Counted from the stretch's first letter, positions 17,318 through 27,865 are shown. The stretch: DNA of 40,300 nt from an uncultured Candidatus Saccharibacteria bacterium (GCA_964348525.1 CAYGCY010000005.1:1-40300), one strand, 5' to 3'. Notes: generated by a model from the sequence alone, not told the origin. Numbers and translations are program-made.

Positions 17318-18601
17318 TCAATTTGAATTTCTTGGTATCAACTTTCCTTCTTCAAGAATTTTAACCCTGTCCGGATTAGTGACTCCATTTTGTTGATAAG
17401 GGTGAACCCAAGGTAGACGAACCATGGACATTAGGCCTATCACAAGATAAATAGCAAAAAATGCAGGTATAAATCTATTCAGGTTATGCTGGTTAGTAAA
17501 CCTATAAATTAAATATGCCGCCAAGGGGTACACAAAAAAGGCCAAATCTGAAGTCAAGTGTGGCGCCGGACTGTTGGCTGCCAAGAACTGTAGCCAATTG
17601 GCCCCTATAAATATTAATAAGAACAACCATTCTTTATTAGATAGTTTTGCTTTAATCTCTGGGACATGTATGGCCGCCACTGCCAAAAATATAAAACCCG
17701 TAAAGTAACTAGTAATCATAATCAACCAATCTTTAGAAAAATTTATTAATGATTGGATAGTGGCAAAGATATGTCCATTAAACAGACCGGTTATTAGCCA
17801 AATTCCATCATTATTGCTTGCGACCTCATGGTTATAGTATGGAAGATTAAAAAATTTAAGACAAACTAACCATAAGAGAAGCGGTATAAGATGAGACACA
17901 AAACTTAAAATTGATTCCTTATAACGTTTGATCACAAAAAAACTAAACAAAAGAATGGCTAGGTATACCGAGTAGTTTTGCTTTGCGAGCATCATGAAGC
18001 CCGCGATTAATGAATAAATAATGTTTTTTCTATGAGAATAATTCTTTGCCAAGTTAAGCAATAGTGTCACCAAAATAATTGGGGTGACAAACTGGAGTTC
18101 TGAAGTGTGAAATGTGCCAATGTACCGTATTGCAAAAGGATGGAGTAGCAAAAGAGTTACCGAAATTAATGCAACTTGGGCAGAAAATTTTGTTCTAATT
18201 AAATTAAATAAACAAATGGCTGTTGTAATGTAGATAGCTAATTTAAGGGTGATATATCCGAGCATGCCCTTCTCCAACGGATTTAATTTGTAAATTGGCA
18301 AAACGAGTAGCCCATATCCTTCGCCTAAGGCCTTGGCAAGGACTGGGTAGCCTGGTCGATTTATACGTGTTTTGTCAACGTGAAAATACTCTGGGAAATA
18401 AGCCGCTGACAAAAATTCGACCGCAGCATCGCCATTGAATTGCCACATTATTGGAATTTTTTGATTGGTTTTTATGACGTAGTCGGGGTCTGGATTTAGC
18501 CATGCAATATTTGCAGAGATTATAAATATCAAAAAAATGAGCCCGATAATGATTTTATTATATGGCTCAGATAAAAACTCAAGAATTTTGTTCTTGTTCA
18601 C
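17318..18601 (-). CDS. Polytopic membrane protein, probable GT-C fold (ArnT/PMT-like) glycosyltransferase
   Basis: About 10 hydrophobic segments; GD..F and RPGYP in the first extracytoplasmic loop; divergent from a polyprenol-phosphate GT2-GtrA gene. GTG start. Confidence 0.6.
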   Translation of the reverse strand: MNKNKILEFLSEPYNKIIIGLIFLIFIISANIAWLNPDPDYVIKTNQKIPIMWQFNGDAAVEFLSAAYFPEYFHVDKTRINRPGYPVLAKALGEGYGLLVLPIYKLNPLEKGMLGYITLKLAIYITTAICLFNLIRTKFSAQVALISVTLLLLHPFAIRYIGTFHTSELQFVTPIILVTLLLNLAKNYSHRKNIIYSLIAGFMMLAKQNYSVYLAILLFSFFVIKRYKESILSFVSHLIPLLLWLVCLKFFNLPYYNHEVASNNDGIWLITGLFNGHIFATIQSLINFSKDWLIMITSYFTGFIFLAVAAIHVPEIKAKLSNKEWLFLLIFIGANWLQFLAANSPAPHLTSDLAFFVYPLAAYLIYRFTNQHNLNRFIPAFFAIYLVIGLMSMVRLPWVHPYQQNGVTNPDRVKILEEGKLIPRNSN

Positions 18602-18623
18602 AATATATATATACTAGCATGAT

Positions 18624-19754
18624 ATGCAATCAAGAGATTCCCAGCCAAAACTTCTATCGATAATAATCCCAACCTATAACGAAAGTAATACTTTAGGTGA
18701 ATTATTAAAGAAAGTAGAACAATCAGTTTTGCCCCCAGGAATTGATAGAGAAATTATTATTGTCGATGACGGGTCCACCGATGACACCAATCAAATTTTG
18801 AATACTCTGTCAGAGCCCTTTATGGTTATGAGACATGCCAAGAATTTAGGAAAGGGGGCCTCAGTTATTGATGGGCTAAAAGCTTCCAAGGGTGATTTTA
18901 TTATTATTCAAGACGCTGATCTTGAATATGACCCCAATGATTATGGACAAATTTTACAGCCTATTATTGATGGTATATCGGACGTAGTCTACGGCTCACG
19001 TTTTTTGGATAAATCAAGACCTATCGGCATGAGGCTTATAAGCAAGATTGCTAATCATATACTCACTATATGGTCGAATATATTTACAGGGCTTAAAATC
19101 CAAGATATGGAGACCTGTTACAAAATGATGAGCAGGGAAGTAGTCGACTCTTTCAAAGACAAACTAATATCAAATGGATTTGGAATAGAACCAGAAATAA
19201 CCTCATATATAAAAAAATATAGAATTGTAGAGGTGCCAATTTCTTATAACGGTCGGTCGGTTAATGATGGCAAAAAAGTGAATTGGAAAGACGGCGTTGG
19301 GGCGCTTTATGATATTGCTCGATTTAATACATCGTTACAAACAAAGAGAGTTATAAGTTTTTTAATAGCCGGTGGGATTGGGGCGGTAACAATTATTTTA
19401 TCTTTATATATTTTTACTGAAATTGTGGGGTTGTGGTATCTATTGTCCGCCACGTTGTCTTTTATTTTGGCGTCGCTAGTGAGTTTTTTTCTTCAGAAGC
19501 TTTGGACGTTTAAAGACACTTCTACTGATAGGTTTTATAGCCAGCTGACTCTCTATTTTATTTTGGCAGTTATTAACTTGGCTATTAACGATGCAATTAT
19601 TTATATCTTGGTCGAATATACAAACACTTGGTATATATTTGCACAAATCTGTGCCAGCGCCATTATAGCTATTTGGAGTTTCTTCTTATACAAAAAACTG
19701 TTTACCTCACCGCCCATATTTGACCCTGATAAGAAGTATCCCGCTCGTTCTTAG
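18624..19754 (+). CDS. DPM1-like GT2 fused to a C-terminal GtrA-like flippase domain
   Basis: IIIPTYNE, VDDGSTD, NLGKG, QDADLEYDP, YGSRF, DMETCYK, then a 4-TM domain (FLIAGG..SFFLQKLWTF). Confidence 0.9.
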   Translation: MQSRDSQPKLLSIIIPTYNESNTLGELLKKVEQSVLPPGIDREIIIVDDGSTDDTNQILNTLSEPFMVMRHAKNLGKGASVIDGLKASKGDFIIIQDADLEYDPNDYGQILQPIIDGISDVVYGSRFLDKSRPIGMRLISKIANHILTIWSNIFTGLKIQDMETCYKMMSREVVDSFKDKLISNGFGIEPEITSYIKKYRIVEVPISYNGRSVNDGKKVNWKDGVGALYDIARFNTSLQTKRVISFLIAGGIGAVTIILSLYIFTEIVGLWYLLSATLSFILASLVSFFLQKLWTFKDTSTDRFYSQLTLYFILAVINLAINDAIIYILVEYTNTWYIFAQICASAIIAIWSFFLYKKLFTSPPIFDPDKKYPARS

Positions 19755-20472
19755 TTATTTTAAAACCAGCGTTAACCAAGCGTTCTACTAGGATATTAAG
19801 ATTATAGCCCGTATGGTATTCCATCGATAACCTCTCAATCTTTTGTAATGTCTCATCACTGGCCTTAGTAAGGATAGCAAACTCCGCTCCTTCACAGTCT
19901 AGTTTCATAAAGTTACAAGTGTCAATTTTGTATTCTTTGAATAAATCATCAAGTGAAAGAGAATTCACCTCTGACTTATTGTCGGTCTCAAACAAAACAC
20001 TATGTCCGGCGCTGTTTTTGCTGTTTCTAAATAGAGTTACTTTTTCGCTTGTTCCCATAACAGCCTTGTTGACGGCAATGATATTTTTGAAACCGTTAAT
20101 CTTGATATTTTGGACCAGTAGCTCAAGGTTATTTTTATCTGGTTCAAACACCAGCACCTGTTTTGCCTGTTGGCTTGCCCATAGGGAAAAAGACCCTATG
20201 TGACCGCCGATGTCGATAATAGTCGAATTTCGGTTGTTGTATCCAGGGTGTTCATATTGTTTCCATACTATACAACTAACCGCCATGTATAGATCAACAA
20301 TTTTTTCATGAAAGGAGCCTGTCCTGATTTGCAATTTGATATCGCGAAGCCTTACGGTTGTTACCGGCGGAAAGGAAAACCAAAACAGGAACCATTCCTT
20401 TGTGCGCATTAGCTTCAAAGAATAACAAAATATATATATAGAACGAATTATGGCGTTTATAAGTCTATTCAC
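19702..20472 (-). CDS. FkbM family methyltransferase
   Basis: IDIGGHIG, FEP, MKLDCEGAE, MEYH. Confidence 0.92.
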   Translation of the reverse strand: MNRLINAIIRSIYIFCYSLKLMRTKEWFLFWFSFPPVTTVRLRDIKLQIRTGSFHEKIVDLYMAVSCIVWKQYEHPGYNNRNSTIIDIGGHIGSFSLWASQQAKQVLVFEPDKNNLELLVQNIKINGFKNIIAVNKAVMGTSEKVTLFRNSKNSAGHSVLFETDNKSEVNSLSLDDLFKEYKIDTCNFMKLDCEGAEFAILTKASDETLQKIERLSMEYHTGYNLNILVERLVNAGFKITKNERDTSYQGQIWAVR

Positions 20473-21515
20473 GGTATTATCTTGTTAAATTTTAAAAACC
20501 CCGCCCACAATAACAGCTGAGAATTATAACTGTTGATTTCAGCAGTTTTTAACCCGTTTGTTGTTAATTTGCTTTGTAAATTTTTATCAGTCAATATTTG
20601 TTTTGCGTAATTCACTAAGTAGGGGGTATTATTTATTTCAGCCATCAATGCATTTTCGCCGCTTACTATTAAATCTTTGCATTGACCCACCTCTGTTGTT
20701 ACTAGGGGAACCCCTTTGGCCATAGATTCAAGACAGGCTTTTGGACCACCTTCCTCGCTAGAAGTAATGATATATAAATCTAATGCGTCATATAAATCTG
20801 CAACTTTTTTATAATCTGAATAATATTGGTGTGTAAAAGGCACACCCAATTTGGTCAGCTCTGTTTTTACAAAACCTCTCGCTGGGCCAGAAAGTAGTAC
20901 ATGGATATTTGGTATTTCTTTTTTTAGTTTCTCAATGACCTTTATAAAAATGTCTGGGCCTTTTATTAGTTTTGGTTCTAATCCTTCGCCCCAGCCAATT
21001 CCATCTTTTTGGAAAGATCCAATAACCATGGCGCCTTCCGGGATATTCAGTTTTTCACGTATTAAATGTTGTGTCTCTTTGGTTTTTGGTTTGAAAATTT
21101 CTGTGTCAACGCCTATGGGAATTCTGGCTATTTTTTTAGGATCGATACCACTACTCTTTATTACCTCTTCCATTTCTTTGGTCGACACCCTGACTCCTGC
21201 AATATCTTTATGGTGTTTTTTTAATGATTCAAAACACTTCTTGAAATTGTCACCTTGTTCTGGTTTGCCATGAAAATAATCTACTGAAATCCTGTTCCTG
21301 CTTTTATAAATATTTTCGTCATTAAGTGAGAATTGGGAGGTGTAATGTACCATTTGTGGCACATTCAAAACCATCCTTTTTCTTATATGAGCCGACACCC
21401 CCATCTTTTCAGTAATTATTTTCAATTGTCGCGCCTCCTCGTCTATGGCCCAATTGGCGTTGTCTCCAATTATTACGAGGTGACTATATGGTTTCCAAAA
21501 GATGTCTCTTATCAT
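20469..21515 (-). CDS. Glycosyltransferase family 4
   Basis: KGPD, SSEEGGPKACLESMAKG. Start uncertain (ATG 21515 or TTG 21542). Confidence 0.88.
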   Translation of the reverse strand: MIRDIFWKPYSHLVIIGDNANWAIDEEARQLKIITEKMGVSAHIRKRMVLNVPQMVHYTSQFSLNDENIYKSRNRISVDYFHGKPEQGDNFKKCFESLKKHHKDIAGVRVSTKEMEEVIKSSGIDPKKIARIPIGVDTEIFKPKTKETQHLIREKLNIPEGAMVIGSFQKDGIGWGEGLEPKLIKGPDIFIKVIEKLKKEIPNIHVLLSGPARGFVKTELTKLGVPFTHQYYSDYKKVADLYDALDLYIITSSEEGGPKACLESMAKGVPLVTTEVGQCKDLIVSGENALMAEINNTPYLVNYAKQILTDKNLQSKLTTNGLKTAEINSYNSQLLLWAGFLKFNKIIP

Positions 21516-23247
21516 TACTAGAGAATACAGTATTTTCCACAATAACTAAATCAAGGTCTGTCGTATCAAGCATCTTGAGCCCCGCTTCACAAAAGTTGAG
21601 TATTGGCTCGCCCGCAGGATTAAAGGAGGTGTTGAGGAATATTGGCATGCCCGTTATCTTCTCAAATTCTTTTAGAGCTTTGTGCATAAATGGATTTTGA
21701 TTGGGATTTACGGTCTGAATTCTTGCAGTGCCATCTACATGGGTAATTGAAGGCAACTTTTCTTTGTACTCATCTTTCGTATCGCATATAACTGACATGT
21801 ATGGGACTGGCGCAGTATTGGTAAAATATTTTTGGGAATCTTCTTCTGTAACCATTGGCGCGAATGGTCTGTACCACTCTCTGTGTTTTACTTTGTCATT
21901 CAATATGTCCCTCATATCTTTATTGAGCGGGTTACAAATGATCGAACGGTTGCCAAGGGCTCTCGGGCCCACCTCGTATCTGCCTCTTATTACACCCACG
22001 ATTAAATCTTTGGAAACCAGTTTTGCTAAAACAGTTGGCGCTTGCTCCGCAGGAATCTCTTTACTTGGGTAAAGTTTTTTAAATTCTTCTAGTTTGTCTA
22101 TGTCGAACGGGAGCGAACCAAGGTAAGGGGAGTAGTAGGCTGTGTTGCCTGAAAAGCGATTATTTTTTATTGAATAGTAGACATAAAGCCCAGCGCCGGC
22201 CGACAAACCACAGTCAGACGGGTTTGGTATAAAGTGAACTTTTTCAAACATTCCACTTTTCTCGATTTCATAATTTGTTGTACCGTTAAGTGCACAGCCT
22301 CCGACAACGCATACATTTTTATAATCACCTTTGTTTTTGGATATTAACCTTAGAACCTCATCTGTCCATACCTGCTGTACGGTGGCTGCCAAATCTTGCG
22401 CGTCTTTATTTTGAGGGTCACCTATGAACAGCTCATATTTTCCGATCAATCCTATAGCAAATTTGACCCTGTCTTTAAATGTTTGTGGCTTAAGTTCTGT
22501 TTTTTTCAGATATTTCTTAAGATCTGGTATATCTCTTAGACCAACCGTGTTCATCCGGTGTCCTTTCCCATAAGTTCTGAGTCCCTCTATTTCGTCGCTT
22601 TTATATTTTTGATAGTTAAGAACATATTTTGTTACATAAGGAATCCAATCAGTCTTAACTGTGCCATAGGAGGTTAGCCCCATAACCTTGCCACTAGTAG
22701 AGCCGTCTATTTCAGGTTTTATACCGATGACGTATCCCAAATTGCTGTAGCTTTGGCCGAATGCTATAGGAATATTTGCAAGATAATCGAGTCGGTTATT
22801 GTCTGCCCCAAAGAAAACAGTTTTGCCGTCATTGCCTATTCCATCAAAACTTAAAACTAGTGATTTAGAAAATGGACTAGTAAAGTAAGAGAGGGAAGCA
22901 TGAGATAGGTGGTGGTCTATATGGAACGACTCTTTGAAGGAAATTCCTCGCTCGTTCAAAATTATTTTCAGATTTTCAAATTCTTCTTTACGGCCTTGGT
23001 TTTGCAGGGCAATTGCGTCAAAAGAATTGCCCCACTCTTTTTTTATAGTATCCAAAAAAGTTTTGAGGTCTTCTATGTCAGTATATTGGTAAGTATTATT
23101 GTATTTCCCAGAAGCTAGTGTTTGTGCCGACAGTTTGTATCTTTTTTGTCTGAAATATCTTTCTGCTTCAATCATGCCGGTAATCATTCCGTCTTCAATC
23201 AAGGCGAAGTTACTATCATGCCCCAAAGATATTCCTAAAATTTTCAT
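21484..23247 (-). CDS. NodU/CmcH family O-carbamoyltransferase
   Basis: GHDS, EAERY, HHLSHA, DGIG, GKVMGL, GGCALN, GPRALGNRS, RPFAP, HVDGTARIQTV, LNTSFN. Confidence 0.95.
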   Translation of the reverse strand: MKILGISLGHDSNFALIEDGMITGMIEAERYFRQKRYKLSAQTLASGKYNNTYQYTDIEDLKTFLDTIKKEWGNSFDAIALQNQGRKEEFENLKIILNERGISFKESFHIDHHLSHASLSYFTSPFSKSLVLSFDGIGNDGKTVFFGADNNRLDYLANIPIAFGQSYSNLGYVIGIKPEIDGSTSGKVMGLTSYGTVKTDWIPYVTKYVLNYQKYKSDEIEGLRTYGKGHRMNTVGLRDIPDLKKYLKKTELKPQTFKDRVKFAIGLIGKYELFIGDPQNKDAQDLAATVQQVWTDEVLRLISKNKGDYKNVCVVGGCALNGTTNYEIEKSGMFEKVHFIPNPSDCGLSAGAGLYVYYSIKNNRFSGNTAYYSPYLGSLPFDIDKLEEFKKLYPSKEIPAEQAPTVLAKLVSKDLIVGVIRGRYEVGPRALGNRSIICNPLNKDMRDILNDKVKHREWYRPFAPMVTEEDSQKYFTNTAPVPYMSVICDTKDEYKEKLPSITHVDGTARIQTVNPNQNPFMHKALKEFEKITGMPIFLNTSFNPAGEPILNFCEAGLKMLDTTDLDLVIVENTVFSSNDKRHLLETI

Positions 23248-23898
23248 TTATTTTCTTAATACTATACCGTATCCAGTGGTCCAGGCTGTAAGTAGGGGGT
23301 TTGTGGTTTTTGTATCCAGCCACATTAGAAATGATACAAGCATCGATTGAATTGGTCTCCAAGATTTATTTCTTGCTCTGAATATGTGCTGAACCATGAG
23401 TGCCATTACCGCAAATATTGTTCCTTGTTTTTCTATCCCTATTTCTCTAAAGCCAATTTCTTTAAGAGTTTTTTCCCAGAAATAATCTGTATATCTACCA
23501 AAGTCATAGGGGTCAGCGTGTACAGGATATAGAAATGGTACGGTTATTAAGACAAGGCCACTGGAGCGTAATAAACGATAAGCTTCTTCAAGTACGTTTT
23601 TAGGGTTTGGAACATGTTCTAAAAGTTCACCCATAATGATGACATCGCAAGAACTGTTCGGTAATGGAACATCGGTCGCATCACTATAGATGTCTGGGTT
23701 TGTAGAGCGGTCTATGTTTACATACTTAACTTCAGACCCACTTTTTTCTATATCAAATAATCCGCGTTTTTGTATTTTTTTTCCACCAATATCCAGTATG
23801 AACTTACCTTTTTCAAATAGATTTTTATGAGAAAAGAAAAAGTTATCAACGAAATGACGACGAACAGATATGGAAATAGAGGTTCTATTTTGCTTCAT
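23248..23898 (-). CDS. Class I SAM-dependent methyltransferase (Methyltransf_11-like)
   Basis: LDIGG, ELLEHVPNP, H..PYDFGRYT. Confidence 0.9.
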   Translation of the reverse strand: MKQNRTSISISVRRHFVDNFFFSHKNLFEKGKFILDIGGKKIQKRGLFDIEKSGSEVKYVNIDRSTNPDIYSDATDVPLPNSSCDVIIMGELLEHVPNPKNVLEEAYRLLRSSGLVLITVPFLYPVHADPYDFGRYTDYFWEKTLKEIGFREIGIEKQGTIFAVMALMVQHIFRARNKSWRPIQSMLVSFLMWLDTKTTNPLLTAWTTGYGIVLRK

Positions 23899-25177
23899 TT
23901 ATTTTCATTATACGTCTTGATTCAATTTCCCAAACAATAATACTGTAAACCAAATTGGCCAAATAAGATGCCATTGAAGCAACAATTATCCCCCATATCT
24001 GCCATTTCCAACCCAAGAATGTAAAAAGAACAATACGGGATATTTGCATCATCGTATTTTGTGTATATACAGCTCTCAACATATTTTGTCCTAAAAATAT
24101 ATTCCCTATATATATTGAGGCTGGGATAATAATAAGACTGAGGGCATAAATTTGAGAGAATTTTATTGAATCAAGATATTTGGGTAATAGCCATGTGAAA
24201 AGCAGGGGAGAGAAGATTATGTAAACAACAGCAAGGGAAAGGCCAATCATTACAGAAAATAAAAGTCTCTTATAAAACACTTTTCGTATCTCTGCGATAC
24301 TTCTTTCCGATATTTTAGGTAATGCGACACTTATCCAGCTTTTCACTAAGCCTTTTAGCCTATCTGGTCCGGCAATAGCAAATCCGTAAACAGCTAAAAT
24401 TGCTGGGCCAGTCACTTGAAACAAAATAATTTTGTCTATGTATTGAGCTATGTACCCCAATATTCCAGCTCCAGTTAGATGAAAAGACGTATGCCTCAAT
24501 TCATCTATTGCTTCCTTGCTCGGCTTGTCTCCAGACACAAAACGTTTTGCATATAAATAGGCGAAAATATTGGGTACTGTCGACATAACTGCATAGACCA
24601 GCACGAGCATTAATACATTTTTAGTAAAGAATATTGTGGTTATTGTGGCTGTTGCCGATAAAATTGAAGACAGGATTGCTATAACCGTCAACAGATCAAA
24701 TCTTTTTTGCCCGATAAAAAATGGCTCAAAGGTGTGTAGCGCCTCAGAAACAGGAAATGATATAGCTAGCACGCCCAAACTAATAGCAAAGACAATATTT
24801 CCGTGAATCCAATAATAAATAGCAACAGCACCAATGGTCGCCATTGCTATAGTGTTGTAGCGCAGTTGAAGACGAACAGCATAAGAGAGCACGCTATCAT
24901 TTCCTCTAGCCACAGCTCTTAATACGCCCGTCCCAGCTCCTGAAAGAGTCAGGAACCCCAGAGTCGCCGCCAAAGAAAGAAGGTAATTGTACGTGCCGTA
25001 AGTTTCCTTCGGCAACAAATTACCGAAGGCTATCATGGTAACTATTGAAATAGCGGTGCCCACAAAAAACTTCAGGCCAGTCCAAAACCCTCCTTTAGTA
25101 GCGTAGACCATGTCCATTTTCAAATAGGGCTCACTCTTTCTAAGGATACGGTGAGCCCTGTCCTTGAGGTTTTTCAT
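23885..25177 (-). CDS. Wzx-like oligosaccharide flippase
   Basis: About 12 TM helices; LLPKETYGTY, IDKIIL...G...LAVY. Start moved to ATG 25177. Confidence 0.88.
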   Translation of the reverse strand: MKNLKDRAHRILRKSEPYLKMDMVYATKGGFWTGLKFFVGTAISIVTMIAFGNLLPKETYGTYNYLLSLAATLGFLTLSGAGTGVLRAVARGNDSVLSYAVRLQLRYNTIAMATIGAVAIYYWIHGNIVFAISLGVLAISFPVSEALHTFEPFFIGQKRFDLLTVIAILSSILSATATITTIFFTKNVLMLVLVYAVMSTVPNIFAYLYAKRFVSGDKPSKEAIDELRHTSFHLTGAGILGYIAQYIDKIILFQVTGPAILAVYGFAIAGPDRLKGLVKSWISVALPKISERSIAEIRKVFYKRLLFSVMIGLSLAVVYIIFSPLLFTWLLPKYLDSIKFSQIYALSLIIIPASIYIGNIFLGQNMLRAVYTQNTMMQISRIVLFTFLGWKWQIWGIIVASMASYLANLVYSIIVWEIESRRIMKINEAK

Positions 25178-25285
25178 AAATATTCTGAATTGTACCAAAA
25201 ATAAGGCCCTTTTCTATCTAGCTCGCCTAGCACACTCAATAAAGAGAGGTATACTTTTTCATGTTAATGGGATATATTTTTATAA

Positions 25286-27463
25286 ATGCGAAACGATAGT
25301 CTATATAAAGGAATAATTTTTACCGGTCTTTTTGCTCTTTTATTTACTCCTTTTTGGGTTACTGGCTCGTTTCTATTTCCTTTTATAGTAGGCAAAGCAT
25401 ATTTTTTTAGAGTTATTACGGAAATAGTTTTTGTGGCTTGGGCTTTTTTGGCTATTAGCAACTCAGAGTACAGACCCAAAAAATCCCCGCTTCTTACAAT
25501 ATTTTCGCTATTTCTTATCTCTTTAGCAATTTCTACTTTTTTTTCTCCGAATCCGTTTAAAAGTTTTTGGTCAAATTTTGAAAGAATGGACGGTTACATA
25601 ACCCTTATTCATTTGTTCTTATTGTTTGTTGTAATGGGTTCGACATTTAAAAATATAAAAAATTGGTTGAATTGGTGGAGAGGATTAGCCTTCACTTCGG
25701 GCATTATGTGCATATACGCCTTTTTTCAGCTGGCGGGGAAACTTGTGATAAACCAAGGTGGAGTAAGAGTGGACGGCACCTTGGGCAATGCCGCTTATTT
25801 GGCTACTTATCTTCTATTCTCATTCTTCACAACTCTTTTTCTTTTTGCTCACGAAAAAAAGACTTGGCTTAAATGGGTCTACTCAATCCTAGGCATTGCT
25901 CAGTTGTTTGTTTTGTATAACACAGCGACGAGAGGCGCTACTCTTGGTCTTATTGTAGGGCTTTTAGTAATGGCCATAATTCTTGTAATAAGAGGAAGTG
26001 GGGCGAGGAGAAAGTTTGGTGTAGCCGTGCTTGCCGTTCTTCTGATCTCTGCTGGCACTTTTTTTGCCATTAAGAATACAAAGTTCGTTACTGAAAGCCC
26101 AGTTTTATCTAGATTTGCTTCGTTAAGTTTTGCAGACTTTAAGACCCAAGGTAGATATTTTGTTTGGCCTATGGCTATTAAGGGTATAGCAGAAAGGCCT
26201 GTATTTGGATGGGGGATAGAGAGCTTCAACTATGTTTTCAACAAAAATTACGACCCAAGAATGTACAACCAAGAACCATGGTTCGACAGGTCTCACAATA
26301 TGTTTTTGGACTGGCTCATAGCTGGAGGGATATTGGGGGGCGGTTTATTTATTGCTTTGTGTGGCGTTGCCGTGTTTAAGGCGTTTAGAGACAACGAGGA
26401 GGACGAGGACCTGCAGGGAGAAAGTGCAGCTATTATTACTGGGCTATTGGTGGCTTATGTTTTTCAGGGTCTCTTTATTTTCGACAACAATGTCACTTAT
26501 ATATTATTTATATCTTTCCTCGCGTTCCTGTATTCAAAGTCTGAAACAGAAATAAAAATGTTTGCAAACTGGCAACCAAGCGAGCTTGTACAAAGAACTA
26601 CATCCTCAGTTTTAGTTTTAGTTTTAGTTTTTTCGCTTTATGTTGGAATTCTAAAGCCAATGAAGGCGGGCGCTTATATTATTGAAGCTTTGAAAGCCGA
26701 GCAGTCAGGAAATCCTAGAGGAGCGATAGATTATTTCAAAAAATCTCTTGCACTTCACACCTTAGGAGATCTTGAAACTCGCGAACAATTGATAGGTTAT
26801 TCGTCTGGTGTTGCCCAGCTTCAGGACCAAACTATAAAAGAAGAATATTTTAATTTGCTTCAGTCAGAAATGAAAAAGCAAATCGAAATGAGTCCCGACG
26901 ATGCGCGCTACAGAATTTTGTATGCAATGGCTCTCAATGTTTTTGGCAGACCAGATGATGCAATAGTAGAACTCAACAAGGCAAAGGAATTGTCGCCCAA
27001 AAAACAAGCAATATATTTTGAAATTGCTAAATCTTATGCGGTAAAAAGGGATTTCGGTAATGCTTTGAAAGTTATAAAAGAGGCATATGACCTAGAACCA
27101 AAGAACAGCGAAGCTGTAGTGAATTTGGCTGTTATATATATTTATATGGGCGATGATTTTAAAGCTTCAGAAATATTAAACGGTATGCCAGAAGGTTATA
27201 GTGTTGTTTTTGATGACAGGATTTTAGGAGCATTTGTAGAAACTGGCCGGTGGAGTCAGATAATAGCGATACTTGAAAAAAGGATAGAGCAGAGGCCGAG
27301 CGAAGTAGATACTTATATATCTTTAGCATCTGCATATTTAAAGGTTGGCAATAAAGAAGGCGCAATAAGCGCATTAGTAAAAGTAGGTAGTTTGAGACCA
27401 GATTATAAAGCGACAGCCGAAGCTTATATAGACCAAATTAGGAAAGGCGCAGTTTCTCAATAG
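25286..27463 (+). CDS. O-antigen ligase/polymerase-like (Wzy_C) membrane protein with C-terminal TPR repeats
   Basis: GTLGNAAYLA, TATRGA, PVFGWG, RSHNMFLD...GG, followed by TPR-like helices. Confidence 0.9.
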   Translation: MRNDSLYKGIIFTGLFALLFTPFWVTGSFLFPFIVGKAYFFRVITEIVFVAWAFLAISNSEYRPKKSPLLTIFSLFLISLAISTFFSPNPFKSFWSNFERMDGYITLIHLFLLFVVMGSTFKNIKNWLNWWRGLAFTSGIMCIYAFFQLAGKLVINQGGVRVDGTLGNAAYLATYLLFSFFTTLFLFAHEKKTWLKWVYSILGIAQLFVLYNTATRGATLGLIVGLLVMAIILVIRGSGARRKFGVAVLAVLLISAGTFFAIKNTKFVTESPVLSRFASLSFADFKTQGRYFVWPMAIKGIAERPVFGWGIESFNYVFNKNYDPRMYNQEPWFDRSHNMFLDWLIAGGILGGGLFIALCGVAVFKAFRDNEEDEDLQGESAAIITGLLVAYVFQGLFIFDNNVTYILFISFLAFLYSKSETEIKMFANWQPSELVQRTTSSVLVLVLVFSLYVGILKPMKAGAYIIEALKAEQSGNPRGAIDYFKKSLALHTLGDLETREQLIGYSSGVAQLQDQTIKEEYFNLLQSEMKKQIEMSPDDARYRILYAMALNVFGRPDDAIVELNKAKELSPKKQAIYFEIAKSYAVKRDFGNALKVIKEAYDLEPKNSEAVVNLAVIYIYMGDDFKASEILNGMPEGYSVVFDDRILGAFVETGRWSQIIAILEKRIEQRPSEVDTYISLASAYLKVGNKEGAISALVKVGSLRPDYKATAEAYIDQIRKGAVSQ

Positions 27464-27645
27464 ATAGCTCAATAGGGCCACCTCTTCATTTGCTAAACCA
27501 ATTTTGTCTTTCGTCAAAACTAAAAAACTATATAAGGCGGAAGCATCTCGTCACAAAGATATAGACTGCACTTCTAAACTCTATTCATCATTCCATATTT
27601 CATATTTGTTATTTACGAATTTAAATAAATTTTGTGCGTGCATAG

Positions 27646-27654
27646 TTATCCACA
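27646..27654 (+). promoter_or_regulatory. Consensus DnaA box
   Basis: TTATCCACA in an AT-rich intergenic region. Confidence 0.5.
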
Positions 27655-27717
27655 ATTTACCTCTATGTGTACATTAATATGTTTTTTTTGTTCCATAATT
27701 AATTGTAGGTCGAAAAT

Positions 27718-27851
27718 GTTTGTGCTCCCACACTTGCGAAAGCAAGCGCACAAACAAAAGTTAGTACATAAATATAATTGTGCGTACGTTAGAGAAATAA
27801 GATCTATCAGGGAAACCTGAACAGTGCTCGAGTGTTCTCTAGAGTGCGCGC
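27718..27851 (+). other. Two GAAA-capped hairpins upstream of the basic peptide gene (possible structured leader or ncRNA)
   Basis: GTTTGTGC..CTTGC-GAAA-GCAAG..GCACAAAC (27718-27755); TAGAGAA..TCAGG-GAAA-CCTGA..TTCTCTA (27790-27841). Confidence 0.45.
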
Positions 27852-27865
27852 GGATCATAAACAAT

